A stretch of 64,000 bases of DNA from Eledone cirrhosa (lineage: Eukaryota). Position numbers and translations under genes: made by a program. Under the pieces are notes generated by a model. It was not told the origin of the DNA. It did not search any database and saw nothing but the letters and a program-made list of their open reading frames with translations. Positions 1 through 11,402 of the stretch are shown here, one piece after another; the first letter of the stretch is position 1; every line of letters starts with the position of its first letter. Location: assembly GCA_964016885.1 (NCBI GenBank), contig OZ024740.1:433070001-433134000 (forward strand). The letters are read 5' to 3'.

Positions 1-1950
1 AATGGAACGGGGGACTCTGTTGAAGGCTTTCTCCAAGTCGACAAAAGCTAAGTATAGGGATTTACTTTTAGCTAGGCACTTCTCCTGTAGTTGTCGTACA
101 ATGAAAAGAGCGTCTGTGGTACTTTTGCCTGACACAAACCCGAACTGCATTTCATCTAGATCAATTCTCTCTCTGATTAGTTGCGCTATTACTTTTTCCG
201 GGACCTCCATGACCTGGTCGATTAATTTAATGCCTCTATAGTTACTCCTATCTAGGGCATCTCCTTTACCCTTGTAACAGTTAATGATGATGCTGCTACG
301 CCAGTCCTTCGGAACAACCCCATTCTGTATGACTTGGTTTACTATCCGGGTGACCATGGTGTGTCCCACCGTTCCAGAGGCTTTCAGCATCTCAGCAACT
401 ATTTCCGAAGGCCCAGCCGCGTTACCCGTTTTCATATCTTTGATTGCCTTACTTATTATACTACCTTCGACTAACACTGCTGGTCCCTCTATTGTGTCGA
501 TGTGAGGGAGACTGTCTTTCTCCCATTTATTCTCCTCATTTAGTAGCCTTTCGTAGTGACACTTCCAAGCTACCTTCTTATCAGCGTCAGTGATGGCAAG
601 TACGCCATCATCATTAAGTACACACTTCTCCCCGACAATATCACGGTTTTCCTTGACACATTGCCTAGCAATCCTGAACACCTCACGTTTTTGGTCCTCG
701 CGTTGTAGAACATGCTTGAACTTTCTTTCCTCTGCTTCCCTTCTTACGAAGTTCACTTGTCTCCTAGCTTCCCTCCTGGCCACTTGATAGTCTTCTCTAC
801 TTCCCCCATCCCGCCATACTTTCCAAGCCTGCTTTTTGGCCTTAATTGACTCCTCCACCTTACTGTTCCACCACCATGTTACTCTCCTCCTGCCTATAGG
901 CCTGCTCCAGCCACAGACTTTTTGCTTTCAGGAATTCCCACTGTTCCTCTATATTGTACAACTCTAAATGCTCTTCCTTACTGTCGAAAGCATCAAATAA
1001 TATGCTTTTAAATTTATTTCTGGCTGTGGGGTCCTTTAGCTTCCATATTTTTCTCCTGAGGATAGTCCTCTTCTGCTGTCGAGTACGTCTCGTCCTGACT
1101 ATGAGGTCGCTAATTATCAGTCTATGTTGGGAGGTGCATTCTTCATGGGGGAGGGATTTAGTGTTTACAACAGACACTCTGTCACGTCTTCTGGTAAGGA
1201 TATAATCTACCTGGCTGGTATGTTCCCCTGATCTGTAGGTGATCAAGTGATTGTCTCGTTTTTTGAAGTTAGTGTTACAGATAGTTAGGTTATTTGCGTC
1301 ACAGGATTCTGGAGCCTTTCTCATTTCTAGTACCAAACCCATAGCCTCCATGGATTCTGTCATAGCCGTCACAATGTTGTCCAACGTGACCATTTAGGTC
1401 GCCAGCAATAATTATATAGTCACTGTCGGTTATTTGGGGGGTAGTGAGCATCAGTGTCTCATAGAAACTGTCTTTTATAGCGCCAGGCAGTCCGGATTGG
1501 GGCGCGTACGCAGATATTATCGTCACAGTAGTTCTATTTAGAACAAGTCTTATTTTAATTATTCGGTCATTTACTCTATTTACGTCTATTATCTTATCTA
1601 CCCATTTTTCTGCTAACATGATTCCTACCCCACCCAGCCCAGTGTCATTTCCAACCCAGAAAAGCTTATAGCATCGTTTTTTACCCACAATGAATCTAGC
1701 AGACCCTCCCATCCACCTGGTCTCTTGGATACAGCAAACATCAACCTCCTTACGTTCAAGCATTTCTACAACCTCGTTAGAGCTGCCTTTTAAGGTGCCT
1801 ACATTCATGGTACCAACTCTGAAGTTTTGGATTGCGTTTGGTGGGTGGGTGCAGGAAGGGGTGAGGTGGATGGGGTTGGGGTTATGTTGGCCATCCGCGG
1901 CCGCAACAAAGAGGGGGGGCGCTTGCCCTTTCGTCCGGCAGCATGAGGTG
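1..1950 (-). mobile_element. Degenerate RTE-clade non-LTR retrotransposon (APE endonuclease plus N-terminal part of reverse transcriptase), continuing off the left edge
   Basis: Minus-strand translation gives APE motifs (NFRVGTMNVGTL, DVCCIQETRW, IISAYAPQ, IAGDLNGHVG, SQVDYIL, HRLIISD), the linker TWWWNSKVEESIKAKK and RT motifs (NYRGIKL, MQFGFVSGKSTTDALFIVRQLQEK, LAFVDLEKAFNRVPR). Frameshifts near 1300 and 915 indicate an inactive copy. Confidence 0.93.
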
Positions 1951-2373
1951 AATTTGTCGTTATCTTTGATGTATATATGTATGTATAGATGTGTAAAAGG
2001 GAAAAATATAAATATAATAAAATAAAAAAATAAAAAAGAAAGAAAGAAAATAAAGGAAAGACAGAAATAAAGGTGGGAAGTTTAATCAATTTAAGATTAG
2101 TATATATATATAACTTTAATAGGTTTCAGCCAGCATTAGCCCAGGCCATGTCTGACTTAATAACACCAGCTGTCAAAGTCTTTCAAATCATAACCTAAGT
2201 TTCTAGTTGTGTGATTCACAGATTAATGGAAGGCTCTACTTCTTAAGTTTGTAATATGAGAGTAAAATGGATAGAAAGCAGTTTTTCTCAATAAAGCTAC
2301 TAATGAAAGGCTAATATCCATGTTTGTCTTCTGGTACTTTTATTGCTAAAAACTGCTAACTTATTCCTAAAAG

Positions 2374-2423
2374 CTACATGAGGCAGGTAGCACCTACAAG
2401 TGGCTTATCTGGAGGGACAACAC
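2374..2423 (-). CDS. Possible terminal coding exon (x-VVPPDKPLVGATCLM*)
   Basis: Minus-strand acceptor ccctttcagcttcag|, phase-1 frame open to TAG, and AATAAA about 30 nt past the stop (2344-2339). No homology recognised. Confidence 0.28.
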
Positions 2424-2444
2424 CTGAAGCTGAAAGGGACTAAA

Positions 2445-3620
2445 GTACAACACGCTGAACTAAAGTACCATAGTCTGAACTAAAGTACAATACACTGAAC
2501 TAAAGTACCATAAATTGAACTAAAGTACCATAAACTGAACTAAAGTACCATAAACTGAACTAAAGTCCCATATACTGAACTAAAGTACCATAAACTGAAC
2601 TAAAGTCCCATATACTGAACTAAAGTACCATAAACTGAACTAAAGTACCATATACTGAACTAAAGTACCATAAACTGAACTAAAGTACCATAACTGAACT
2701 AGAGTACCATAAACTGAACTAAAGTACCATAAACTGAACCAAAGTGCCATATACTGAACTAAAGTACCATAAACTGAACTAAAGTCCCATATACTGAACT
2801 AAAGTACCATAAACTGAACTAAAGTCCCATATACTGAACTAAAGTACCATAAACTGAACTAAAGTACCATAAACTGAACTAAAGTACCATATACTGAACT
2901 AAAGTACCATAAACTGAACTAAAGTACCATAAACTGAACTAGAGTACCATAAACTGAACTAAAGTACCATAAACTGAACTAAAGTACCATAAACTGAACT
3001 AAAGAATCATAAACTGAACTAAAGTACCATAAACTGAACTAAAGTACCATAAACTGAACTAAAGTACCATAAACTGAACTAAAGTACCATAAACTGAACT
3101 AAAGTACCATATACTGAACTAAAGTATCATAAACTGAACTAAAGTACCATATACTGAACTAAAGTATCATAAACTGAACTAAAGTACCATAAACTGAACT
3201 AAAGTACCATAAACTGAACTAAAGTACCATATACTGAACTAAAGTATCATAAACTGAACTAAAGTACCATATACTGAACTAAAGTACCATATACTGAACT
3301 AAAGTATCATAAACTGAACTAAAGTACCATAAACTGAACTAAAGTACCATATACTGAACTAAAGTATCATAAACTGAACTAAAGTACCATATACTGAACT
3401 AAAGTACCATAAACTGAACTAAAGTACCATATACTGAACTAAAGTATCATAAACTGAACTAAAGTACCATATACTGAACTAAAGTACCATAAACTGAACT
3501 AAAGTACCATAAACTGAACTAAAGTACCATATACTGAACTAAAGTATCATAAACTCAACTAAAGTACCATATACTGAACTAAATTACCATAAACTGAACT
3601 AAAGTACCATAAACTGAACT
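2445..3620. repeat. 20-bp tandem repeat (CTGAACTAAAGTACCATAWA), ~58 copies
   Basis: 20-nt periodicity directly visible; the first copies are diverged and one 1-nt deletion occurs near 2692. Confidence 0.98.
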
Positions 3621-3694
3621 TCAATACTTTTGCCACTTCACCAGGCAAGTTTATTTTGAAAATTTAAAAGATTACCGTTACTCTCCATAGAATA

Positions 3695-3843
3695 AACCAG
3701 GTAGAATTGATATTACCAGAATTCCAACATTTGATAAAATACTTGGTGCTATTCATTTCAGCACTCTGCTCTCTCAGTTCAAATCCTGCCCAATTCAACT
3801 TTGACTTTCATCCATTCCAATTCCATAAAAAAAGTACCAGTCG
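3695..3843 (+). mobile_element. Old, diverged tRNA-derived SINE copy
   Basis: cagttcaaatcc B-box-like motif followed by ctttgactttcatcc...aaagtaccagt, matching the better-preserved copies at 10702, 58561 and 59016. Confidence 0.65.
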
Positions 3844-4169
3844 ATTTTTCCTCTATATCACTTCATCACTTCCTCTCTCTTTCCCTTTCTAGAAGAAATC
3901 TGCTATGTTCAGATCTGGAGAGGGATTGGCTCTGCAGACTTAAAAATGTCCCTACGGCACCCCTGTAACTCCATCAGGAGTTATGGGACCATACCTACGT
4001 TAAATATTCAGTGTAGACTAAATTTAATTATGCTATCAGCTTCATGGTTATGTTCCAGTTTCTATTTTCACGGCAGGTTGGGTTGGAATTTAACTCACAC
4101 AAGTTGATAATGTTTAATTCTACAATCTTAATCACTAAACTGATACTTTGAGCCACAAAGATATACTGA

Positions 4170-5844
4170 TGAAATCTTAAACTCTACACTACTATTTTAA
4201 ACTACAAAGATATGTTGATCCAATGATAGTGTATTTAGTTTAATTCTACAGTCTTAAACTCTACACTACTATTTTAAACCACAAAGATATGTTGAGCCAA
4301 TGATAGTGTATTTAGTTTAATTCTACAGTCTTAAACTCTACACTACTATTTTAAACCACAAAGATATGTTGAGCCAATGATAGTGTATTTAGTTTAATTC
4401 TACAGTCTTAAACTCTACACTACTATTTTAAACCACAAAGATATGTTGATCCAATGATAGTGTATTTAGTTTAATTCTACAGTCTTAAACTCTACACTAC
4501 TATTTTAAACCACAAAGATATGTTGATCCAATGATAGTGTATTTAGTTTAATTCTACAGTCTTAAACTCTACACTACTATTTTAAACTACAAAGATATGT
4601 TGATCCAATGATAGGGTATTTAGTTTAATTCTACTATCTTAAACTCTACACTATTTTAAACTACAAAGATATGTTGATCCAATGATAGTGTATTTAGTTT
4701 AATTCTACAGTCTTAAACTCTACACTACTATTTTAAACCACAAAGATATGTTGATCCAATGATAGTGTATTTAGTTTAATTCTACAGTCTTAAACTCTAC
4801 ACTACTATTTTAAACCACAAAGATATGTTGATCCAATGATAGTGTATTTAGTTTAATTCTACAGTCTTAAACTCTACACTACTATTTTAAACCACAAAGA
4901 TATGTTGAGCCAATGATAGTGTATTTAGTTTAATTCTACAGTCTTAAACTCTACACTACTATTTTAAACCACAAAGATATGTTGAGCCAATGATAGTGTA
5001 TTTAGTTTAATTCTACAGTCTTAAACTCTACACTACTATTTTAAACCACAAAGATATGTTGATCCAATGATAGTGTATTTAGTTTAATTCTACAGTCTTA
5101 AACTCTACACTACTATTTTAAACCACAAAGATATGTTGATCCAATGATAGTGTATTTAGTTTAATTCTACAGTCTTAAACTCTACACTACTATTTTAAAC
5201 TACAAAGATATGTTGATCCAATGATAGGGTATTTAGTTTAATTCTACTATCTTAAACTCTACACTATTTTAAACTACAAAGATATGTTGATCCAATGATA
5301 GTGTATTTAGTTTAATTCTACAGTCTTAAACTCTACACTACTATTTTAAACCACAAAGATATGTTGATCCAATGATAGTGTATTTAGTTTAATTCTACAG
5401 TCTTAAACTCTACACTACTATTTTAAACCACAAAGATATGTTGATCCAATGATAGTGTATTTAGTTTAATTCTACAGTCTTAAACTCTACACTACTATTT
5501 TAAACCACAAAGATATGTTGATCCAATGATAGTGTATTTAGTTTAATTCTACAGTCTTAAACTCTACACTACTATTTTAAACTACAAAGATATGTTGATC
5601 CAATGATAGGGTATTTAGTTTAATTCTACTATCTTAAACTCTACACTACTATTTTAAACTACAAAGATATGTTGATCCAATGATAGTGTATTTAGTTTAA
5701 TTCTACAGTCTTAAACTCTACACTACTATTTTAAACTACAAAGATATGTTGATCCAATGATAGGGTATTTAGTTTAATTCTACTATCTTAAACTCTACAC
5801 TACTATTTTAAACTACAAAGATATGTTGCTCCAATGATAGTGTA
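4170..5844. repeat. 77-bp tandem repeat, ~22 copies
   Basis: CAATGATAGT recurs at 4221, 4298, 4375 (77-nt spacing). Unit: CAATGATAGTGTATTTAGTTTAATTCTACAGTCTTAAACTCTACACTACTATTTTAAACCACAAAGATATGTTGATC. Confidence 0.97.
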
Positions 5845-6228
5845 AACTAAAAGACTAAAAAGAAAATGAAAAAAAAAATGAAAAAGAAAAATAAACAAAA
5901 ATAAAAACAGAGCCCCCCCCCCCCCCCCCAACAGCCTGTATTGCTCTAATAATAATTCATCTTAGAGCTGGTAGTAGTTACCATTAGTTGGCAGTAAGTA
6001 AAAATTGATTGGTCAAACCTTTAACCTCACATGCTCCAGCCATGACCATCTTGTCTCGTTTATTTTCCCAAACACATGGTCATTTATTTTGACTTTAGCA
6101 CATATCTAACACAGACATCATTTTGAAGACAGTAAGATATGATTGAAAAGGGAGATTTGGCTGCTATTTCCTGCAGGCTGAGTAGCCACATATACACTCT
6201 CATTTTGGGCAATAGAAATATTTGTATT

Positions 6229-6309
6229 TTACTTAAAGGATGCATAAATAAAATCTTCAAGATATTTGGATTTCCTGATCAAAGCATCTTCAAGACAATT
6301 TGAACTAAC
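6229..6309 (-). CDS. Candidate exon (VSSNCLEDALIRKSKYLEDFIYASFK)
   Basis: Long pyrimidine tract then cgtag| at 6310. Phase-0 frame is open for 26 codons, ending at a weak AA|GTAAAA donor (6233) or at TAA (6229). Not phase-compatible with the 7638 donor. Confidence 0.35.
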   Translation of the reverse strand, partial: VSSNCLEDALIRKSKYLEDFIYASFK

Positions 6310-6482
6310 CTACGATATTTTGAAAGAAATAAACAAGAAAGAAAAAAAAAACTAGGAGAAAATATAAATATAAAATAATTCAAGAATTAAGCTTGAATCG
6401 ATCAATCTATATTCTAAAATCAAATATAGATGTTGATGTAAGTTTATAAAAGATACATGGGAGAGACCATAAGGTGATTGCC

Positions 6483-7106
6483 ATATATATATATATATAT
6501 ATAACGAAGGAAATGTGGTAAGGAACCAGGTGGACCATAACGCACCAAAGTACTCAATACTTTGTCCAGAATTAGCCGTCGAAACGGCTTGAGCTCAGCC
6601 GTCGGGGTCCTACTCATTCCTATATATATATATATATATACAAATATATTACACAGAGAGAAGTGTATTACACAGTGAGATGTGTGTAAAAATTCTTTAC
6701 ATGAGATCCTATGGGCTGTTATACCGCACATTTCTTTGGTGAAACGAACTAAATTCGTTTCAGCAAGCTTATAGTTATAAGGTTAGTAATTTAAAACTCT
6801 ACTTCAGAGATTTGATTCTGACTTAGGTTTTTTTCTATTTAATTGCCAACCTGTAAGTATTGTTCTCTATACAGTAACGGTTAAACTCGCATGTAATAAT
6901 TTTTTACACACATCTCACTGTGTAACACACTTCTCTCTGTGTAATATATTTGTATTTTAGCTCAGATGAAAATTCTCCGTTCTTCTTCGAGCTAATATTA
7001 TTATTATTACTGTGAACTGCGGAATACTTTAATTCCGATCTTTGTATATTTATATATATATGTATATATATATACATACATTCCTGGTGATTTCAAATGA
7101 AACAGA

Positions 7107-7148
<42 letters not shown>

Positions 7149-7200
7149 GTATGTATATATATATGTATGTAAAAGGTAAGCAGAAATATATGTATATATA
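6483..7200. repeat. Cluster of (TA)n microsatellites
   Basis: (TA)n runs at ~6483-6503, 6621-6640 and 7045-7200; similar runs at 11330-11400 and 11455-11483. Confidence 0.9.
6638..6955. repeat. Foldback element with ~68-bp inverted arms
   Basis: atacaaatatattacacagagagaagtgtattacacagtgagatgtgtgtaaaaatt (from 6638) is the reverse complement of ~6888-6955 with few mismatches; spacer ~180 bp. Confidence 0.88.
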
Positions 7201-7528
7201 TTTAAAAAAAGGAAAAGAATGACTTCACTTGTAGTTGTAAACAATTTAATTTAATTCTAAAATATTATGATTTTACAGTTTGGTTTTGTAGATCTAGTAA
7301 GTTCTTTATTAATTCCGGTGGGGAGATTTCTCAGTTTGGCAATAACCACCGACGAATGTGAGAAAGTTCTCCAGGAAAGTTAACCAAGAATCTTTAAAAA
7401 TCTCCTCACCTAAGTTAACAAAGAACTTATTAGATCTACAAAACGAAATTGTAAAATCATAATATTATAAAATTAAATTAAATTGTTTAGAACTACAAGT
7501 GAAGTAATTCTTTTCCTATTTTTAAATA
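7199..7528. repeat. Foldback element with ~130-bp inverted arms
   Basis: 7199-7329 versus the reverse complement of 7398-7528, roughly 85-90% identical by eye; spacer ~68 bp. Confidence 0.9.
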
Positions 7529-7637
7529 CACCTAACTGTACTAAGGATTTCACACATTTTCCAATATGTATATATATGTGCATTTATATACATATATATA
7601 TACGCACATATATGTCTGTGTATGTGTGTAGGGATAC

Positions 7638-7707
7638 CCTTCTATTTTAGTATGGCTAGAATGTATTTTTGTGGCAATAAATTCCTTTCTTTCTGATAAC
7701 AATATAA
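7638..7707 (-). CDS. Candidate internal exon (VILLSERKEFIATKIHSSHTKIEG) of an unidentified gene
   Basis: Strong acceptor ctttctctcctatttcacag|. Phase-1 start matches the 7925 donor and the frame is open. The donor GG|GTATCC is weak, so the 3' end is uncertain. Confidence 0.45.
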
Positions 7708-7924
7708 CTGTGAAATAGGAGAGAAAGTTATTTTTGTCAACCATGTAAACTGATGTGCCTTGCTCAGAAGGAACTGGAGGACAATGGCTAGAATATTAAG
7801 ATTTCAACTCATAACTATGTTGTCTGTAATCCAGTACCGTAATCTCAATCATCATACTTCTATTTATACATATATGTCTCTCAAATCTTAACGATCAACA
7901 ATATCCCAGACCGCATTCGCTTAC

Positions 7925-7983
7925 CAGGTTGAGTGGAACTTGTCAAATCGGACCAAAGAAACAATGTTTCCATTAGTCTTGTA
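7925..7983 (-). CDS. Candidate internal exon (STRLMETLFLWSDLTSSTQP)
   Basis: Acceptor tttaatttgttgctag|, donor CTG|GTAAGC, 59 nt, phase 2 in and phase 1 out, open in the frame set by the 9063-8929 exon. Confidence 0.5.
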
Positions 7984-8429
7984 CTAGCAACAAATTAAAC
8001 TTAATACCTTAATATCTTATTAAACTTATGTTGAATAAGATATGATGTATATATTTAAAGTCTAGAATGCTAATGGGGAAGAGGGAATTGATTATTTTTT
8101 ATAATAAAATTTAGTAACCAGTTATGCTAATGCTATGATTTTGTAATGAATTAGTAATATTTTGTTGGAGAGTTACAAAATAAAGGGAAACAATTCAGAA
8201 AAAAAAATATCCATATGGTTTGTGAGTGTATGGCAGGGGTGGGAAGTATTTTAAAACCTTTCTGATATTTTACTCGAAATAAAATTTAAGAATCTGCTAT
8301 AAATTAAATAAAAATAGAGATCTGATGAGAAGCAAAATAATTATCTTAATCACTTTTATCTTAAACCATAAAGTTTGATTAAAAACATTAACTTAGAACA
8401 TGAAAATATTTTAAACTGAATATGTTTAA

Positions 8430-8804
8430 AGGGAGACAATCATGGAAGATACTATGGATAATTTCCAAAAATACAACTTAATAAATCTAGATTTTGCTCA
8501 TTTATAAGCAGAATATTGGAAATATTATAGACTTTCAAAGTGTTTAATAATAACAATTAAATACATTCTTGCATCAAATTCCAGTTATTTTTGCATAAAA
8601 AAGATAAAAATACTCAAATAGAAAACCTGAAAGCCTTTAAAATTTCCAATTTTAAAAAGAAAAAGAGTAGAGGAAGATTTTATAATGCTATATATGGATA
8701 GTATCTTAAAATATAATTTCTTTTCTCTTCCTCCGACTTTACATAACTCTGTTTCTCTCTCTTTCAAATTATTGAAATACCAAAATGAAATATGGTGTCT
8801 CCCC
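8430..8804. mobile_element. Non-autonomous DNA transposon, Kolobok-like
   Basis: TTAA at 8426-8429 and 8805-8808 flanking terminal inverted repeats AGGGAGACA / TGTCTCCCC. A TTAA TSD with RR...YY termini is the Kolobok signature. Confidence 0.7.
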
Positions 8805-8928
8805 TTAAAGCAACATTAATATTTGACATATGAAAATGTTGTCACACGTACACCCATAGGTATACACTGTGTGTGTAAGTGTAGAGAGTTTCTAAATATT
8901 TTTTTCTATGTTTGCTGAAATAACATAC

Positions 8929-9063
8929 CTGGTAACCTGTTTAGCCCTAGCCTGTGATGAAGGAAGTTTCGAAGGGTAATCATTTATCACGGAAGGCATG
9001 TTGGATATTCTTTCAGGGCTATCTTCATCCACTGGAGATTTGCAAGATATGGCATCACGTACA
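8929..9063 (-). CDS. Candidate internal exon (VRDAISCKSPVDEDSPERISNMPSVINDYPSKLPSSQARAKQVT)
   Basis: Acceptor ttatttttctatattttcttattgaag|, strong donor CAG|GTATGT, 135 nt symmetrical phase 2-2, stop-free, higher GC than the flanks. Confidence 0.6.
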
Positions 9064-9261
9064 CTTCAATAAGAAAATATAGAAAAATAACATTAAACAT
9101 GATAAATATAAAAAAATATAAAAAAATAACATTAAACATGATTAAGCATAATATTATCCTCATCATTGTTAACAACAATAAATGATTAGCAGGTTTATTT
9201 GGGGGTTTCTGTTTAAGAGCCATCTTTCAAAATGAGACAAAGAAGTAGGAAGTTGAAGTAA

Positions 9262-9470
9262 CCCGATAGTATTTAAAGCGGCCATATCCGGACAGAATTC
9301 TATCACCTCTTTCTGTTTAAACCAGCTGTAAATAACCACTAATACTGATATTAAGGTATAGTTCTCAAAATAAATAACATCAAAATCTCATAGATTCGAT
9401 ATTATGTGAGGTAAAGTCTTTACCACAAAATACAATAGTATATATAGAGAGAAATGTAAATGTTAAAGGG
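9262..9470 (-). mobile_element. ~210-bp MITE, piggyBac-like termini (CCC...GGG, TTAA)
   Basis: Ends taaatgttaaaggg|TTAA and is the reverse-complement homologue of 12545-12752 (shared ctcacataatatcgaatctatgagattttgatg). Confidence 0.78.
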
Positions 9471-9494
9471 TTAATAAAGTGTTGACAGTTCTTC

Positions 9495-9800
9495 TTTGCT
9501 GACTTATTCCTGAGAAGTTCATAGGGGAAGAGTCGTGAAACCCTCCTTCCAGCGGGTCTGGTCAGAAGCAACTGTCTCCTACTAATCCAGTTGGATCCCC
9601 AAACATGACCAGCCAACCTCATGGATGTTATCCAATCATCTTGCTCGAGGTCTACCCCTGCATCTCTTGCCAGTTGGTTTGGTCCATAAATTCTGTTCAG
9701 TGATTCTTTCCTGAGACATTCTAACCACATGCCCATAGTATTGGAACTGTGATCTCTCAGAGAAGTAGAGGCTCTACCTGGAGTGACTCTTCAACTTGAC
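9495..9800 (-). mobile_element. Degenerate 3' fragment of an RTE-type LINE
   Basis: Minus translation LQVEPLLL/ERSQFQYYGHVVRMSQERITEQNLWTKPTGKRCRGRPRAR*LDNIH matches the RTE C-terminal pattern (GHVxRM...GKRxRGRP..RW.D). May extend to ~10015. Confidence 0.8.
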
Positions 9801-10334
9801 ATAAACTGACTGTCATTGGCAGCATTGTTCTGCAGAAAAGGTAAGATAGAGTTTCTTAACAACATAGCAAAGTTTCAATGATGACAACATATAGAATTGT
9901 TTCCTTAGACAAGAGATTGGCCCCATATTTACCAGTAAAATACTTCTCACAGACAAGTTCCAATATCAACTGAAGTCTTTGTTTTTAGTAACAGCCTGCA
10001 TGTAAATATGGTAACCTGTTTTTTTATATTAACTCTTAATGTCTTGTACTGCATAGAACCCATTAATAAGACATTCTTGAAATAAAGTACAAAATAACGA
10101 TGGCTGTGCAATTTTTAATATACATGAAAGACAATGTATAGATGAGCTGAGAGAGAGGTTGGATATAATAGGAATCATGTGTAGTGTGCAGAAAACTGTA
10201 ATGGTATTACCACACACATATATATGTATATATAATTGGCATTGATGTATTGAAGTCAATTTAATCAATAATTATTTTGGTCAAGTACATATAACATTTA
10301 ATCTTGTTTCTTCTATATCAAAGAATACCATCAA

Positions 10335-10622
10335 CTTCATTGTCATTTAACATCCACTTTCTCCGTTAGCATGGGTTGGACAGGTCTTCATAGACCAAGG
10401 GTTGGACAGGTCTTCATAGACCAAGTCAGTACTGAAGTGGAGCTACTCACCTCCTAGGCAGGTCAGGGATCTCCATCTAACTTACGGTCTCATACTTTAC
10501 CGAATGTATTTTATTGTGGCACCAGCACTAAGGAAGTTGTCACACAGTTGACACAACTGAAGGGTCCTCTCAACCCTTTTGACATGGTTTCTACAGTGGG
10601 GTGCCCTTCCTATTGCCAACCT
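10335..10622 (-). mobile_element. Diverged interspersed repeat (SINE/LINE-tail-like)
   Basis: ttctacagtggggtgcccttcctattgccaacc is the reverse-complement homologue of 13800-13833; contains an internal 26-bp direct duplication gggttggacaggtcttcatagaccaa. Confidence 0.55.
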
Positions 10623-10701
10623 TAACCCCCCAAATAGAAACTATTAATGGACATTCTCCTTATATGTTAACATATAATTTTTAATAATAATATATAATAA
10701 T

Positions 10702-10886
10702 TGTTTCTACTTTAGGCACAAGGCCAGCAATTACCCAGTGCGTGACTGGTACTTTATTTTATCGACCCCGTAAGGATGAAAGGCAAAGTCAACCTCGGCG
10801 GGATTTGAACTCAGATCGTAAAGGGACGTAACTATGCTGGAAAGCATGGCGTCCGACCCTCTACCGATACTGCCAATCCACCGCCC
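10702..10886 (-). mobile_element. tRNA-derived SINE with 17-bp TSD
   Basis: Minus strand has A-box TGGCAGTATCGG, B-box GAGTTCAAATCC and body ctttgcctttcatccttacggggtcgataaa. Flanked by taataatatataataat at 10685-10701 and 10887-10903. Confidence 0.92.
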
Positions 10887-11228
10887 TAATAATATATAAT
10901 AATATATAATAATGAAAATTTAAATATTACACATCAAAATATAACAATTAACACAAAATTTTCAGAATTGTTTTAAGCCTGGAAATTTGAAAATATTTTA
11001 ACAATAATTCATCTTAGAAATTCAAATATATGATTAAAAAAACAACAAAACAGGCCTGTATTGATTTCAGAAAAAAAATAGAAAAAAAGAAAACAAGATC
11101 CAATTGGTTTGGTACTGGAACTGTAGAAAGTGGGTGTTGTGACAATCATGTCTTTTGAAAGGGATTTAGCAACATAAAGTGAAATAAATGCAATTGTGAA
11201 TGGAAGTCAGATTGTGGATGTGGCTTAC

Positions 11229-11312
11229 TGGAAATTTACCTTCTACAATGGACACCACACAATATTCTGGCATATAACATTTAAAACTAAGAACATGATG
11301 TAAGTTGTAGAA
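11229..11312 (-). CDS. Candidate exon (FYNLHHVLSFKCYMPEYCVVSIVEGKFP)
   Basis: 84-nt open frame ending at CCA|GTAAGC. The acceptor (gaaag) is weak and an alternative donor AAG|GTAAAT lies inside. Confidence 0.3.
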
Positions 11313-11355
11313 CTTTCGATTGGATTACATATATATATATATATAAGCAAAAGAG

Positions 11356-11402
<47 letters not shown>

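Noticed and set aside
2-2089. Short plus-strand ORFs and the 1805-2089 ORF
   Set aside because: Antisense or off-frame shadows of the RTE LINE and its low-complexity flank.
2445-3620. Telomeric repeat
   Set aside because: The 20-bp unit has no TTAGGG-like G-rich motif and lies between ordinary unique sequence.
5913-5929. 17-nt poly-C run (G-quadruplex potential on the minus strand)
   Set aside because: Isolated homopolymer with no supporting context; its length is prone to sequencing error.
7083-7104. Minimal hammerhead-like ctggtga-tttcaaat-gaaac between TA tracts
   Set aside because: The core deviates from CTGANGA and no stem I/III or cleavage-site partner is evident.
10790-10886. tRNA gene (also 58561-58650 and 59140-59232)
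   Set aside because: A/B boxes are fused to a shared non-tRNA body with TSDs and no cloverleaf is apparent; these are SINE heads.
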